Below are positions 29,435-38,806 of a DNA stretch of 64,000 bases, piece after piece. Positions within the stretch are counted from its first letter, which is position 1. The number at the start of each line of letters is the position of its first letter. The notes beneath the pieces are model-generated. The model worked only from the letters and a program-made list of their open reading frames with translations, had not been told where the DNA came from and did not search any database. The DNA is taken from assembly GCA_002069525.1 (NCBI GenBank), contig MWBJ01000001.1:21896-85895 (forward strand). The letters are read 5' to 3'. The stretch comes from Parcubacteria group bacterium ADurb.Bin305. GTDB taxonomy: Bacteria; Patescibacteriota; Minisyncoccia; UBA6257. The translations under genes and the position numbers were made by a program.

Positions 29435-31945
29435 CTAAATAACAAAATTAATAAGTTTATTAGGTACAAAAATAATTTTTTGAGGTTTTTGGGTTAAATA
29501 TTTTTTGACCTTCTCGGAATTTCTAGCTAACTTTTCTACTTCTGCCTTATTAGCACCTATTTTAACTTTTATCTTATCTCGGGCTTTTCCGTTTACCTGA
29601 ACGATTAAGAGAAAATATTTATCGGTAATTAGATTTTTATCATAAGTTGGCCATGATTCTAAGCTAACGGATTTATTATGTTTAAGCACCATCTGCCAAA
29701 GTTCTTCTGATAAAAATGGAGCAAAAGGCGACAACAATAAAACTAAAGTTTCCCAGTGTTTTTTAGTTATAATGTTATTGGGTAATTCGCTTAATTTATT
29801 TACATAAGTCATCAAAGAACTAATAGCTGTATTGAAATGTAGCCGCTCTATGTCTTCTGTCACCTGCTTAATAACTTTTTGTCTAATCGATTCTAAGTCT
29901 TTTTTTAGAGAAGAAATATCCTGTTGAGAAAACTTAACTAAGATGCCTGATTTATTTTTTTTGTTCTTTAAATTATTTCCAATTTTATTTTTTTCTTGAC
30001 TGCTAGTAACTAATGACCAAACTTTAGACAAAAAACGAGAGATACCATTAATACCTTTGGTGTCCCAACTTTTGGTAAAAGTTAAAGGACCCATAAACAT
30101 TTCGTACATCCTTAAAGTATCTGCCCCATAAGTTTTAATTACTTCATCTGGTGAGACTACATTTCCTCGAGATTTTGACATTTTTTCACCATCTTCACCT
30201 AAAATCATACCTTGATTTATCAATTGCTTAAATGGTTCCGGCTGGCTAACAACACCTAAATCATAAAGAAACTTATGCCAAAATCTAGCATATAACAAAT
30301 GTAGCACTGTATGTTCTGCTCCGCCAACATAAATATCCACTGGCAACCAATATTTCTGTTTGGAGAAAGATACTAATTGCTTCTCATTTTTAGGATCAAG
30401 ATAACGAATATAATACCAAGACGAACCTGCCCATTGAGGCATAGTATGAGTTTCCCGTTTAGCCGCTCCTCCGCAATTAGGACACTTAACGTTAACCCAA
30501 TCTTCAATAAGAGCTAAAGGCGACTCTATCGCTCCTGAAATTTGATACTTAGTTATTTTAGGTAGTTTTAGCGGCAACTGAGATTCTTTCAAAGGAACAT
30601 TGCCGCATTTTTCACATTTAATAATAGGAATGGGTTCCCCCCAATAACGCTGCCGAGAAAAAACCCAATCGCGTAACTTGTAATGCACAGCTTTTTTCCC
30701 TCCAACATAAAGGCAGATCGAATCAATAACTTCCTGACTTCTTCTGCCATTAAAAGGTCCTGAATTAATTAAAAACCCCGGCTCAGTGATAGGCTGATGT
30801 AACCCTTCCAATTCTTTAATTTTAGGGTCTAACACAATAACTGGCTTTAGGCCTAAATGATGAATTTTAGCAAACTCAAAATCTCTTTCATCATGAGCAG
30901 GAACCCCCATTACAGCTGCAGTCCCATAATCTGATAAAACATAATCTGCCACCCAGATAGGAATTCTTTCTTTATTAGCTGGATTAATAGCATAGGCTCC
31001 AGTGAAAACTCCTGTTTTTTCTCTATCTAATTTTGTTCTAAAGCTTTCTGGTTGCGTTAATGATTGCTCTACATATTTTCTCACTTCTGGAGCATAAGGT
31101 GGAGTGGTAATTTTAAAAATTATCGGATGTTCTGGTGCCAATACTAAATAAGAAGCACCAAATATAGTATCAAGGCGAGTAGTAAATATCTTAATACAAT
31201 CATCGCTTCCTTCGACTTTAAAATTTACTTCTACCCCCTCTTTTCTCCCAATCCAATTACGCTGCATAGCCTTGACATTTTCAGGCCAGTTAACTAAATC
31301 TAAATCTTCTAATAGCCTATCAGCATAGGCTGTAATTCGCAAAAACCATTGCTTTAATTTTTTTCTAGTCACAGTTTCCCCGCAACGTACACAACGATTT
31401 TCATTATTCACCTCTTCATCAGCTAAAACAATTTCACATTTAGGACACCAATTCACTACAGCTTCTGCCTCATAGGCTAAACCTTGCTTAAAAAGCTGCA
31501 AGAAGATCCACTGAGTCCATTTATAATATTTAGGATCTGTAGTGTTAATTTCTCTGGTCCAATCATAACTAAATCCAGCTGTCTGCAGTTGTTGTTTAAA
31601 GCGTTTAATGTTTTTAGCTACTATATCTTGCGGAGGTTTTTTAGTTTGCCGAGAATAATTTTCAGCAGGTAAGCCAAAAGCATCCCACCCCATCGGGTGA
31701 AGAACATTTTTCCCTCTCATTTTCCAATACCTAGATAAAATATCAGTTGCGGTATAACCCTCGAAATGACCTACGTGTAAACCTTCTCCAGAAGGATAAG
31801 GGAACATATCCAAAATATACATTTCCTCTTGGCGACTAGGTGGATTTTTAGCTTGCCATAATTGAAAATTGTTTTTAGCCCAAGATTTGCGCCATTTTTT
31901 TTCTATTTGTAGGTGGTTATATTTTTTAGAATAATTTCGCTCCAT
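29435..31945 (-). CDS. leuS: leucine--tRNA ligase
   Basis: MFPYPSGEGLHVGH (HIGH region) and KMSKSRGN (KMSKS) motifs. 836 aa. Confidence 0.9.
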   Translation of the reverse strand: MERNYSKKYNHLQIEKKWRKSWAKNNFQLWQAKNPPSRQEEMYILDMFPYPSGEGLHVGHFEGYTATDILSRYWKMRGKNVLHPMGWDAFGLPAENYSRQTKKPPQDIVAKNIKRFKQQLQTAGFSYDWTREINTTDPKYYKWTQWIFLQLFKQGLAYEAEAVVNWCPKCEIVLADEEVNNENRCVRCGETVTRKKLKQWFLRITAYADRLLEDLDLVNWPENVKAMQRNWIGRKEGVEVNFKVEGSDDCIKIFTTRLDTIFGASYLVLAPEHPIIFKITTPPYAPEVRKYVEQSLTQPESFRTKLDREKTGVFTGAYAINPANKERIPIWVADYVLSDYGTAAVMGVPAHDERDFEFAKIHHLGLKPVIVLDPKIKELEGLHQPITEPGFLINSGPFNGRRSQEVIDSICLYVGGKKAVHYKLRDWVFSRQRYWGEPIPIIKCEKCGNVPLKESQLPLKLPKITKYQISGAIESPLALIEDWVNVKCPNCGGAAKRETHTMPQWAGSSWYYIRYLDPKNEKQLVSFSKQKYWLPVDIYVGGAEHTVLHLLYARFWHKFLYDLGVVSQPEPFKQLINQGMILGEDGEKMSKSRGNVVSPDEVIKTYGADTLRMYEMFMGPLTFTKSWDTKGINGISRFLSKVWSLVTSSQEKNKIGNNLKNKKNKSGILVKFSQQDISSLKKDLESIRQKVIKQVTEDIERLHFNTAISSLMTYVNKLSELPNNIITKKHWETLVLLLSPFAPFLSEELWQMVLKHNKSVSLESWPTYDKNLITDKYFLLIVQVNGKARDKIKVKIGANKAEVEKLARNSEKVKKYLTQKPQKIIFVPNKLINFVI

Positions 31946-32017
31946 AAATTATTATGATTTTTCGTTATTAAAATTTAATTAAAACACTTAACGATAAATA
32001 AAAACTTTGCAATTTGA

Positions 32018-33847
32018 TTATTTCTTCTTAGTTAATTCGTGCTTAATTTTATTCAAAAATTGCTCTAGGGGTAACACGGTTAAGACCTTAGAACCCCGTT
32101 CGCGCACACTTACAGTTTTTTCTTTCTTTTCTTTGTCGCCTAACACTATAATGTAAGGAATTTTTTGCAATTCTGCCTGTCTAATTCTTTTAGAAATAGT
32201 TTCGTCTTCCCATACCTCAACCCTGAGTTCTTCTTTTCTCAAAGTAGTAGCTACGGTTTGACTATAGTGAGCCTGCTTACTGGAAACTGGCAATAAAACT
32301 ATCTGCACTGAGGCTAACCATAAAGGAAAAGCTCCGGCAAAATGTTCAATTAAAAGCGCTAAAAATCGTTCGTAAGAACCTAAAATCGCTCGATGTATCA
32401 TCACTGGGTTTACTGCTTTTCCTTGCTCATTGATATAAGTTAGGTTAAACCTTTTAGGAGTAGCAAAATCTAATTGTATGGTGGGAATTTGAATTTCATT
32501 TCCTAGGGCATCTTTAAACATAAAATCCAATTTAGGGCCGTACAAAGCTGCCTCGCCTTCTCGCCGTTTAGCTTGAAGATCCATGACATTAGATATTTCT
32601 TGTAAAATTTTTTCGCATTTATCCCAATCTTTAGGATCACCGATATATTTTTCAGGATGACTATAATCTCGCAGAGATAAAGAAACCCATTGGTTTTCCC
32701 ATAAACCTAAACTACTATAAAACTCTTTAATTATCTGAACTAAATTTTTAATCTCGTCTTTTACTTGGTCAGGCCTGCAAAAAATATGGCCATCTTCTAC
32801 GGTAATAGCATAAACTCTACTTAACCCTCCAACCTCTCCCGGTTTTTCAGCCCGATACATTTTATCTGACTCCATGTAGCGAATAGGCAATTCTTTATAA
32901 GAACGAAGCCGAGAAGCATAAAGTTGAGTATGGTGGGGGCATTGAACAGGTTTTAGGACAAAGGAGTGCCCTTTAGGTGAGGTTACTCTAAACAATTCAT
33001 CATTAAATTTTTGAGCATGGCCAGAAATTTCAAAAAGTTCAATTTTAGCCAAACTAGGAGTGGTCACCTTTTCAAAACCATATTTTCGGCAAACCCCTTC
33101 AATGTATTTTTTTAACTCCTCAATTATAATAGTCCCCTTAGGTGTGAATAAAGGTAAACCAGAACCCACCAAGTCTGAAAAAGTAAATAAATCTAACTGC
33201 CGACCTAATTTTCGATGATCCCTTCTTTCTGCTTCCTGCAGCCAGTCAAAGTATTTTTCCAATTCTGCTTTAGTTTCAAAAGCTACCCCCTCTATCCTAG
33301 TAAGCATAGAATTTTTTTCATTTCCCCGCCAATAAGCTCCGGCTATTTTGGTTAACTTAAAATATAACGTCATCTCGCGAGTGTTTCTAATATGAGGGCC
33401 TCGACACAGATCTACGAATTCACCTATTTGATATATAGTTACTGTCTTAACTTTGTTAATTTTTAACTTTTGACTTTTAATTTTCGATTTTTGACTTTCT
33501 ACAGTAGTGCCATATTGTTCTAGATCTTTCAAAAGTTCTAATTTATATGGCTGCTTCAACTTTTTAAAAATTTTTTTAGCTTCACTAATGGAAACGGTTT
33601 TCTTTTTAAAAGGTAAACCTTCCTTAATAATTTTATGAACCTCCTCTTCAATTTTGGGCAACTCTTCTAAAGACAGGCTGTTCTGCCCGCTATTCTTTAT
33701 TTCCATATCATAATAAAAGCCCTGTTCTGTAACTGGACCAACCCCAAAGCAAACTTGGCCCCTATAAAGCCTTAGGACGGCTAAAGCTGTAATATGAGCC
33801 AAAGAATGTCGTAAAGTTTCTAAGGAATAATTATGTTTAATTGGCAT
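32018..33847 (-). CDS. thrS: threonine--tRNA ligase (lacks N-terminal TGS domain)
   Basis: Starts in the second additional domain with HSLAHITALAV. Class II core. Anticodon-binding FPLWLASVQIVLLP. Confidence 0.85.
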   Translation of the reverse strand: MPIKHNYSLETLRHSLAHITALAVLRLYRGQVCFGVGPVTEQGFYYDMEIKNSGQNSLSLEELPKIEEEVHKIIKEGLPFKKKTVSISEAKKIFKKLKQPYKLELLKDLEQYGTTVESQKSKIKSQKLKINKVKTVTIYQIGEFVDLCRGPHIRNTREMTLYFKLTKIAGAYWRGNEKNSMLTRIEGVAFETKAELEKYFDWLQEAERRDHRKLGRQLDLFTFSDLVGSGLPLFTPKGTIIIEELKKYIEGVCRKYGFEKVTTPSLAKIELFEISGHAQKFNDELFRVTSPKGHSFVLKPVQCPHHTQLYASRLRSYKELPIRYMESDKMYRAEKPGEVGGLSRVYAITVEDGHIFCRPDQVKDEIKNLVQIIKEFYSSLGLWENQWVSLSLRDYSHPEKYIGDPKDWDKCEKILQEISNVMDLQAKRREGEAALYGPKLDFMFKDALGNEIQIPTIQLDFATPKRFNLTYINEQGKAVNPVMIHRAILGSYERFLALLIEHFAGAFPLWLASVQIVLLPVSSKQAHYSQTVATTLRKEELRVEVWEDETISKRIRQAELQKIPYIIVLGDKEKKEKTVSVRERGSKVLTVLPLEQFLNKIKHELTKKK

Positions 33848-34132
33848 AGATACAAAAAATTAAGCCTAGTTAGCATTTTTATTCATTGCCTTCTATTAAA
33901 CTATAAAATGCAAAAAAAAACAAGGGGAATTAAGTAGGCTTAAATAAACAATTTAAGCCAAACAAGATAGGAATAGCCTGCAATTGATTTCCCTAAGGGA
34001 GGTTTTGTAGAGTAGCTGGCCATTCTGTTGCGTTAAATGCTTAAAACCTAATTGTATTTGATAAATTTTTGTAAACCAAGCCTACTTGCCGTTTTAAGAT
34101 AAAAATTCCCTTGGATTAAATTGCGACAGTAG

Positions 34133-34954
34133 TTATCTTAATTTCCTAACAGCTAAAATAATCATTAGGGCATCAAATAAAATAAGAAAAGCGCAACATT
34201 GATGAAAATTAAAAAAGGTTATTTCCGCGATAGTTTTTTGAGGCAAAGTGTTTGCCAACATCAACCACCGCACACCATCTACTCCATAAGTAAAAGGATT
34301 AATGTAAAGAAAACGCATCAACCATTGAGGCAATTGGGTCAAAGGAAACAAGGCACCAGACAAAAACGACATAGGAGCAATTAACACTTGAAGCACAATG
34401 GAAAAACTTTCAGTTTTTTGAATAGAAGAAGCGATCAACACACTCAGTGCTCCTACCCCTATATTAAAAATGCAGATAAAGATAAAAGTTTTGATAAAAA
34501 TTAAAAGATTCATTTCTATACCTATCCAAGACGACAAAGCCAACAAAATTCCACCTTGAATTAAAGAAGTAGTAACAGCTCCTAAAATTTTTCCTAAAGC
34601 AATATTAGAACGAGGCACAGGAGATACTAAAATTTCTCGCAAGAAACCAAATTCTTTATCCCAAACAATGGATAAAGTAGACGTCATAGTTACCACAGCT
34701 GTGCCTAAAGCTAAAATACCGGAAAAGAAAAATTCTTTAAAATTATAAGAAAAATTAGATTGAGCAAAAAAAGATTGAAAACCTGCACTAAAGAAAAACA
34801 CTAATAAAATTGGTAAAAAAATGGAGGTAAAAACCTTAATGCTATTGCGTAGATAAATTAAAATTTCCCGATACCAAATTGCGTAGAGGGAATAAAGACG
34901 TTGTTTGAGAGAATAGCGATGAAATGGAGTGTTAGAATTGTTTAAGGAATTCAT
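34133..34954 (-). CDS. ABC-2 type transporter permease
   Basis: 273 aa with 6 predicted TM helices. Immediately downstream of the ABC ATPase. Confidence 0.65.
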   Translation of the reverse strand: MNSLNNSNTPFHRYSLKQRLYSLYAIWYREILIYLRNSIKVFTSIFLPILLVFFFSAGFQSFFAQSNFSYNFKEFFFSGILALGTAVVTMTSTLSIVWDKEFGFLREILVSPVPRSNIALGKILGAVTTSLIQGGILLALSSWIGIEMNLLIFIKTFIFICIFNIGVGALSVLIASSIQKTESFSIVLQVLIAPMSFLSGALFPLTQLPQWLMRFLYINPFTYGVDGVRWLMLANTLPQKTIAEITFFNFHQCCAFLILFDALMIILAVRKLR

Positions 34955-34999
34955 AAAAATAAATAAAATATTAACAGTTAATCTAATGATTGTACAAAA

Positions 35000-36076
35000 T
35001 TAAGTGGCAGGTTTTTTATTACCATTTTTACTCTTTTTAGACTTAGAAGGAATAAAAATAGAAAGTAATCCCGCTAAATCAAAAATCGGCTCCACCTCTA
35101 CCTCCGGAGCTTCGCGCATTTGCCTACCGGTCATTTGTAAAAAGACATCGTCTAAAGTAGGCCTTCTCAGATTAACAGTGATAATTTCAGGGGTAATCGA
35201 TTTAATTAAAGTAGGTAAAAACTCATCACCGCTAGCAACTTCCAATCTTAATTCTTTTCCAATTTTCCTAATTTTACATTCTGGAAAATTATCTAAAATT
35301 TCCTGCTCTGCTACATCATTATTTTCAGTGCGGATCACAATCACATCACCCCCAACAGCTCTTTTAAGGTTATCTGGGGTATCTAAAGCAATGATTTTAC
35401 CTTGATCTATAATAGCTATGCGATCACATTTTTCTGCTTCATTTAGGTACTGGGTAGTTAAAAATATAGTAGTATTATGTTGTTTTCTAGTAGTAAAAAT
35501 GTAATCCCAAATTTTAGTTCTAGTCTGAGGGTCTAACCCAATAGTAGGCTCATCTAAAAATAACACTGCCGGCCAGTGAATTAAGGCACGCGCTATTTCT
35601 AATCGTCGCTTCATCCCACCAGAAAAATGATCTACTTTAGATTTTCTTCTAGTCCACAATTCGCACAATTTTAAAACCTCCCTTTTCCGCTGAATAAATT
35701 CTTTTCTAGGCACCCCATAAAGCAAAGCATGTAAATACAAATTTTCTTCGGCAGTAAGATGGGTATCTAAGGTTATTTCTTGAAAAACTAGCCCAATTGA
35801 TTTACGCACCATATCAGGTCTAGACAATACATTATAACCATTCACTAAAGCGATCCCACTCGTGGGAAGTAATAAAGTAGACAAGATATTAATAGTGGTA
35901 GTTTTCCCAGCTCCATTAGGCCCAAGAAAACCAAAAATTTCCCCCCGTTTAACAGTAAAAGAAATACCATCTAAAGCTGTAACACCGTTAAACTCTTTTC
36001 TTAAATTTTCCACTTGAATTACTTCAAGAATCTTGTCCTGATTATTACTATTTACTCCATTATTAATAGTCTTCAT
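35000..36076 (-). CDS. ABC transporter ATP-binding protein
   Basis: Walker A GPNGAGKTTT. Signature FSGGMKRRLEIARAL. Walker B LFLDEPT. Confidence 0.8.
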   Translation of the reverse strand: MKTINNGVNSNNQDKILEVIQVENLRKEFNGVTALDGISFTVKRGEIFGFLGPNGAGKTTTINILSTLLLPTSGIALVNGYNVLSRPDMVRKSIGLVFQEITLDTHLTAEENLYLHALLYGVPRKEFIQRKREVLKLCELWTRRKSKVDHFSGGMKRRLEIARALIHWPAVLFLDEPTIGLDPQTRTKIWDYIFTTRKQHNTTIFLTTQYLNEAEKCDRIAIIDQGKIIALDTPDNLKRAVGGDVIVIRTENNDVAEQEILDNFPECKIRKIGKELRLEVASGDEFLPTLIKSITPEIITVNLRRPTLDDVFLQMTGRQMREAPEVEVEPIFDLAGLLSIFIPSKSKKSKNGNKKPAT

Positions 36077-36099
36077 GTTTTAAATAAACATTAATCAAT

Positions 36100-37107
36100 T
36101 TAAGGCAATCTCAAGCCCATTTTATCTTTGACTCCCTTAAGAACACGATTGGCTATTTTCTGGGCATATTGCTGGCCTTCTAATAAAATATTAACCACCT
36201 CGTCAAAATGCACCTCATAATACCTTCGTTTTTCTTGAATTGGTTTTATCTGTAAAAAAATAGTATGGGCTAACTGCTCTTTTAAATGTTGATAATTAAG
36301 ACCTTTCGTGGTGTAATCTTTTTCATACTGTTCACGTTGCTGTTTGCCTTCAAATAACTCCACTAAAGCTAATAACGCAGCCACTCCGCCTTCCTTGGGA
36401 CACTGTTTGCCACAACCGCTATCAGTGGGCACTTTGGCTATTTTTTTTCTAATAGTTACTTCGTCATCCAATAGATTCAAATAACTTTCGCTATTGGATT
36501 TAGACATTTTGCCCTCACCTGTTAAGGAGGGTAAAGACGGCATTGCTGTTAAGTAAGCTTGCGGCTCTTTCAGAGTTTGACCAAACATTTTATTAAATTT
36601 TCTGGCAATTTCTCGGCTTACTTCTAAATGAGGCAACTGATCTTTGCCAACAGGCACTAGCTCTGCTTCATAGAGAAGAATATCAGCTGCCATCAATATA
36701 GGATAATACAATAAACCTAGATTAACATACTCTGGTTGTGTTTGTTTTTTTTCTTTGTAAGTAGGCAATTGCTCTAAACGAGAAACCGGGTAGATGGTAG
36801 CTAATAAATAGGCTAATTCTAAATGTTGAGGCACTAAAGATTGAATAAAAAGATGACTTTTATGAGGGTTTAAACCGCAGGCTAAATATTCTAGGGCAAT
36901 TTCTTTTATTTGATCAGGGTACTGTTGGGGGTTATACGGTGAAGTAATACCATGAAGATCTGCCACAAAATAGAGACAATCATAATCAGGGTTATCTTGC
37001 AATTCTAAATAACCCTTTATGGCACCAAAATAATTACCCAAATGCAAAGGCCCTGTTGGCCTCACACCAGAAATTACTCTAATTTTAGTCTGCTTAATAT
37101 CACTCAT
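36100..37107 (-). CDS. trpS: tryptophan--tRNA ligase
   Basis: SGVRPTGPLHLGNYFGAI (HIGH-type) and KMSKS motifs. 335 aa. Confidence 0.85.
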   Translation of the reverse strand: MSDIKQTKIRVISGVRPTGPLHLGNYFGAIKGYLELQDNPDYDCLYFVADLHGITSPYNPQQYPDQIKEIALEYLACGLNPHKSHLFIQSLVPQHLELAYLLATIYPVSRLEQLPTYKEKKQTQPEYVNLGLLYYPILMAADILLYEAELVPVGKDQLPHLEVSREIARKFNKMFGQTLKEPQAYLTAMPSLPSLTGEGKMSKSNSESYLNLLDDEVTIRKKIAKVPTDSGCGKQCPKEGGVAALLALVELFEGKQQREQYEKDYTTKGLNYQHLKEQLAHTIFLQIKPIQEKRRYYEVHFDEVVNILLEGQQYAQKIANRVLKGVKDKMGLRLP

Positions 37108-37128
37108 TAAAATAATAACCTGATATAA

Positions 37129-37602
37129 TTATTGAGAAAACCTGATCGCGTCTAATTTCTTTTTTACCTCATAAGGTGAGGCAATGTGACTAATTTTTTG
37201 ACCTTGCTTGTTTTCCGAAAAACCAGTACCGGCAGTATTAATAATTAAATTACCGCTCCGAGTAATAAATTTATCAATGATACTTTCTTCTACAGTAATA
37301 TCAGTAATTTTATCATAATCTATAGAAATTAAATTAGAGCCTAACCAACCCCGATGAATCAACACTCTTTTATTGGTCAAAGCAAAAGCATTAGACCATG
37401 GGATTAAAAAATAACAATAAAAAAAAGAAAGTAAAATTATACCTAAGCCAGCTATATAAACCCTCATACCTATTAACCAAATACCCATAATTAAACATAA
37501 GCCGAAATAAAAAGTTCTATATAGGAAACTAATAGAAAATTCATATTTTAATTCTTCTTGAGGGGCTAGCGCCCTATCCCAAATTTTTTGATAATTAGCC
37601 AT
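37129..37602 (-). CDS. membrane protein with C-terminal bacterial PH-like domain (YdbS/YdbT-like)
   Basis: Two N-terminal TM helices followed by a roughly 90-aa soluble domain. Topology matches bPH_2 proteins. No catalytic motif. Confidence 0.4.
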   Translation of the reverse strand: MANYQKIWDRALAPQEELKYEFSISFLYRTFYFGLCLIMGIWLIGMRVYIAGLGIILLSFFYCYFLIPWSNAFALTNKRVLIHRGWLGSNLISIDYDKITDITVEESIIDKFITRSGNLIINTAGTGFSENKQGQKISHIASPYEVKKKLDAIRFSQ

Positions 37603-37671
37603 ATTATTATAAAATGATTATTATGAAAATTTATTAAAGTTTATTAAATTTAATTGTGCCACAAAATGCTA

Positions 37672-37699
37672 ATTATATTACTTTATATTTGATAACCAA
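37672..37699 (-). promoter_or_regulatory. sigma-70-like promoter candidate (TTGGTT-16-TATAAT) for the PH-domain/trpS/ABC operon
   Basis: Minus strand reads ttggttatcaaatataaagtaatataat, about 70 nt upstream of the start at 37602. Confidence 0.3.
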
Positions 37700-37724
37700 T
37701 AATCTTGGATTTACTGATTTCCAG

Positions 37725-37796
37725 AGCGGGCGACCGGAATCGAACCGGCATTTTCACCTTGGAAGGGTGACATAATAACCATTATACGACGCCCGC
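37725..37796 (-). tRNA. tRNA-Gly (anticodon UCC)
   Basis: Hand-folded. Acceptor GCGGGCG/CGCCCGC. Anticodon stem TCACC/GGTGA with loop CTTCCAA. T-arm GCCGG-TTCGATT-CCGGT. Discriminator U. No encoded CCA. D-stem is weak (3 bp). Confidence 0.75.
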
Positions 37797-38039
37797 TTAT
37801 CTTGGAGTCAGCCTATCAAGCCTAGTTACTATAATCCAATTAAACAAATATTTCAACGTCTTCCTAAGATTGACTTCTTGAATATCACCAAGAATTATGG
37901 AGTACAATTTAGAAGCTATTATTAAATATTTTAACGCACTTTGAGTTAGAATGCAAATTAAACCTCAAAGTGAAGAATTAAAACGCCTCAGATGTTTTAT
38001 TTAAATAAATTATGTGGTAAGATATTTAAATCTGAAAAT

Positions 38040-38762
38040 ATGGAGCAATATAATACCTTGGCTTTTGTTTTAAAAAAGGAGGCGCTGGGAGAAGCAGACC
38101 GCTTTTACTATTTTTATACTCAAAAATATGGCCAAATAAAAACCTTAGCTCGCGGCAGCTCTAAAATTAAAGCTAAATTAGCAGGTCATCTAGAAATTCC
38201 CTCTTTAGCCTCAATTGATTTTGTGAATTTTAATAACCCTCGCCTAATATCAGCTCTAGAACAAAATAGTTTTTCTTCAATAAAAAAACGAGTATTTTCT
38301 TTAGAAGTCGCTTTTCAAATCGCTAACTTGCTCTATGAATTTACCCTTCCTTACCAAACAGATCTAGAAATTTGGCAATTAACTTATGACTGCCTCTTCC
38401 TGCTAGAGCAAAATGTAACTTCATTCTTTGAAGTCTCTAATTTTGTGGCGCTATATTTTAATGCTCAATTATTAAAATTGATCGGTTTAGCACCCTTTTT
38501 AGACGGTTGCACCGCCTGTGGTAATAGATTAGAAACTAATTATTTTAATTTTGAAAAAAAGGGGCTTGTTTGTAAAAAACATAGCCACAAAACAGACTTG
38601 CCTATCTCCTCCAAACAACGTGACTTATTAATTCTTTTATTCAATTTCCCTTTAAACAACTTTAAGAAACCCCAATTAATTAAAGAAATATTAAAAGAAG
38701 AAAAGTTTTTAAAAAACTTCTTAACTGAATTTACTTTAGTAATAAAATCTAGTATAATATAA
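38040..38762 (+). CDS. recO: DNA repair protein RecO
   Basis: MEQYNTLAFVLKKEALGEADRFYYFYTQKYGQIKTLARGSSK aligns with the RecO N-terminal OB-fold. C-terminal Zn finger CTACGN...CKKH. The track ORF begins 16 codons earlier at 37992, an alternative start. A TGgTAAGAT extended -10 lies at ~38016. Confidence 0.8.
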   Translation: MEQYNTLAFVLKKEALGEADRFYYFYTQKYGQIKTLARGSSKIKAKLAGHLEIPSLASIDFVNFNNPRLISALEQNSFSSIKKRVFSLEVAFQIANLLYEFTLPYQTDLEIWQLTYDCLFLLEQNVTSFFEVSNFVALYFNAQLLKLIGLAPFLDGCTACGNRLETNYFNFEKKGLVCKKHSHKTDLPISSKQRDLLILLFNFPLNNFKKPQLIKEILKEEKFLKNFLTEFTLVIKSSII

Positions 38763-38806
38763 ACTAACCTAATAAAAAAATAAAAATAAAACTTTAAATA
38801 AAAAAT

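Noticed and set aside
33848-34132. T-box riboswitch leader upstream of thrS, and similarly 7044-7269 upstream of glyQS
   Set aside because: No T-box consensus (AAUUAGGGUGGUACCGCG-like) and no specifier-loop architecture is visible on the transcribed strand of either region.
35004-35405. 133-aa plus-strand ORF
   Set aside because: It is antisense inside the ABC ATPase gene. Other short antisense or shadow ORFs in the track, each embedded in a well-supported gene on the opposite strand, were rejected on the same grounds: 1263-1448, 6469-6750, 10790-11044, 22411-22635, 23940-24122, 25112-25825, 25923-26111, 31484-31672, 34199-34384, 38540-38830, 39862-40056, 41356-41928, 46454-46648, 48835-49071, 49421-49711, 55685-55873, 58668-58919 and 58956-59147.
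37992-38039. RecO start at the first ATG (MFYLNKLCGKIFKSEN...)
   Set aside because: Alignment with the canonical RecO N-terminus (MEGWQRAFVL in E. coli) matches from MEQYNTLAFVL at 38040. The 16 upstream codons are probably untranslated and contain a TGnTAAGAT extended -10. They are kept as an alternative start only.
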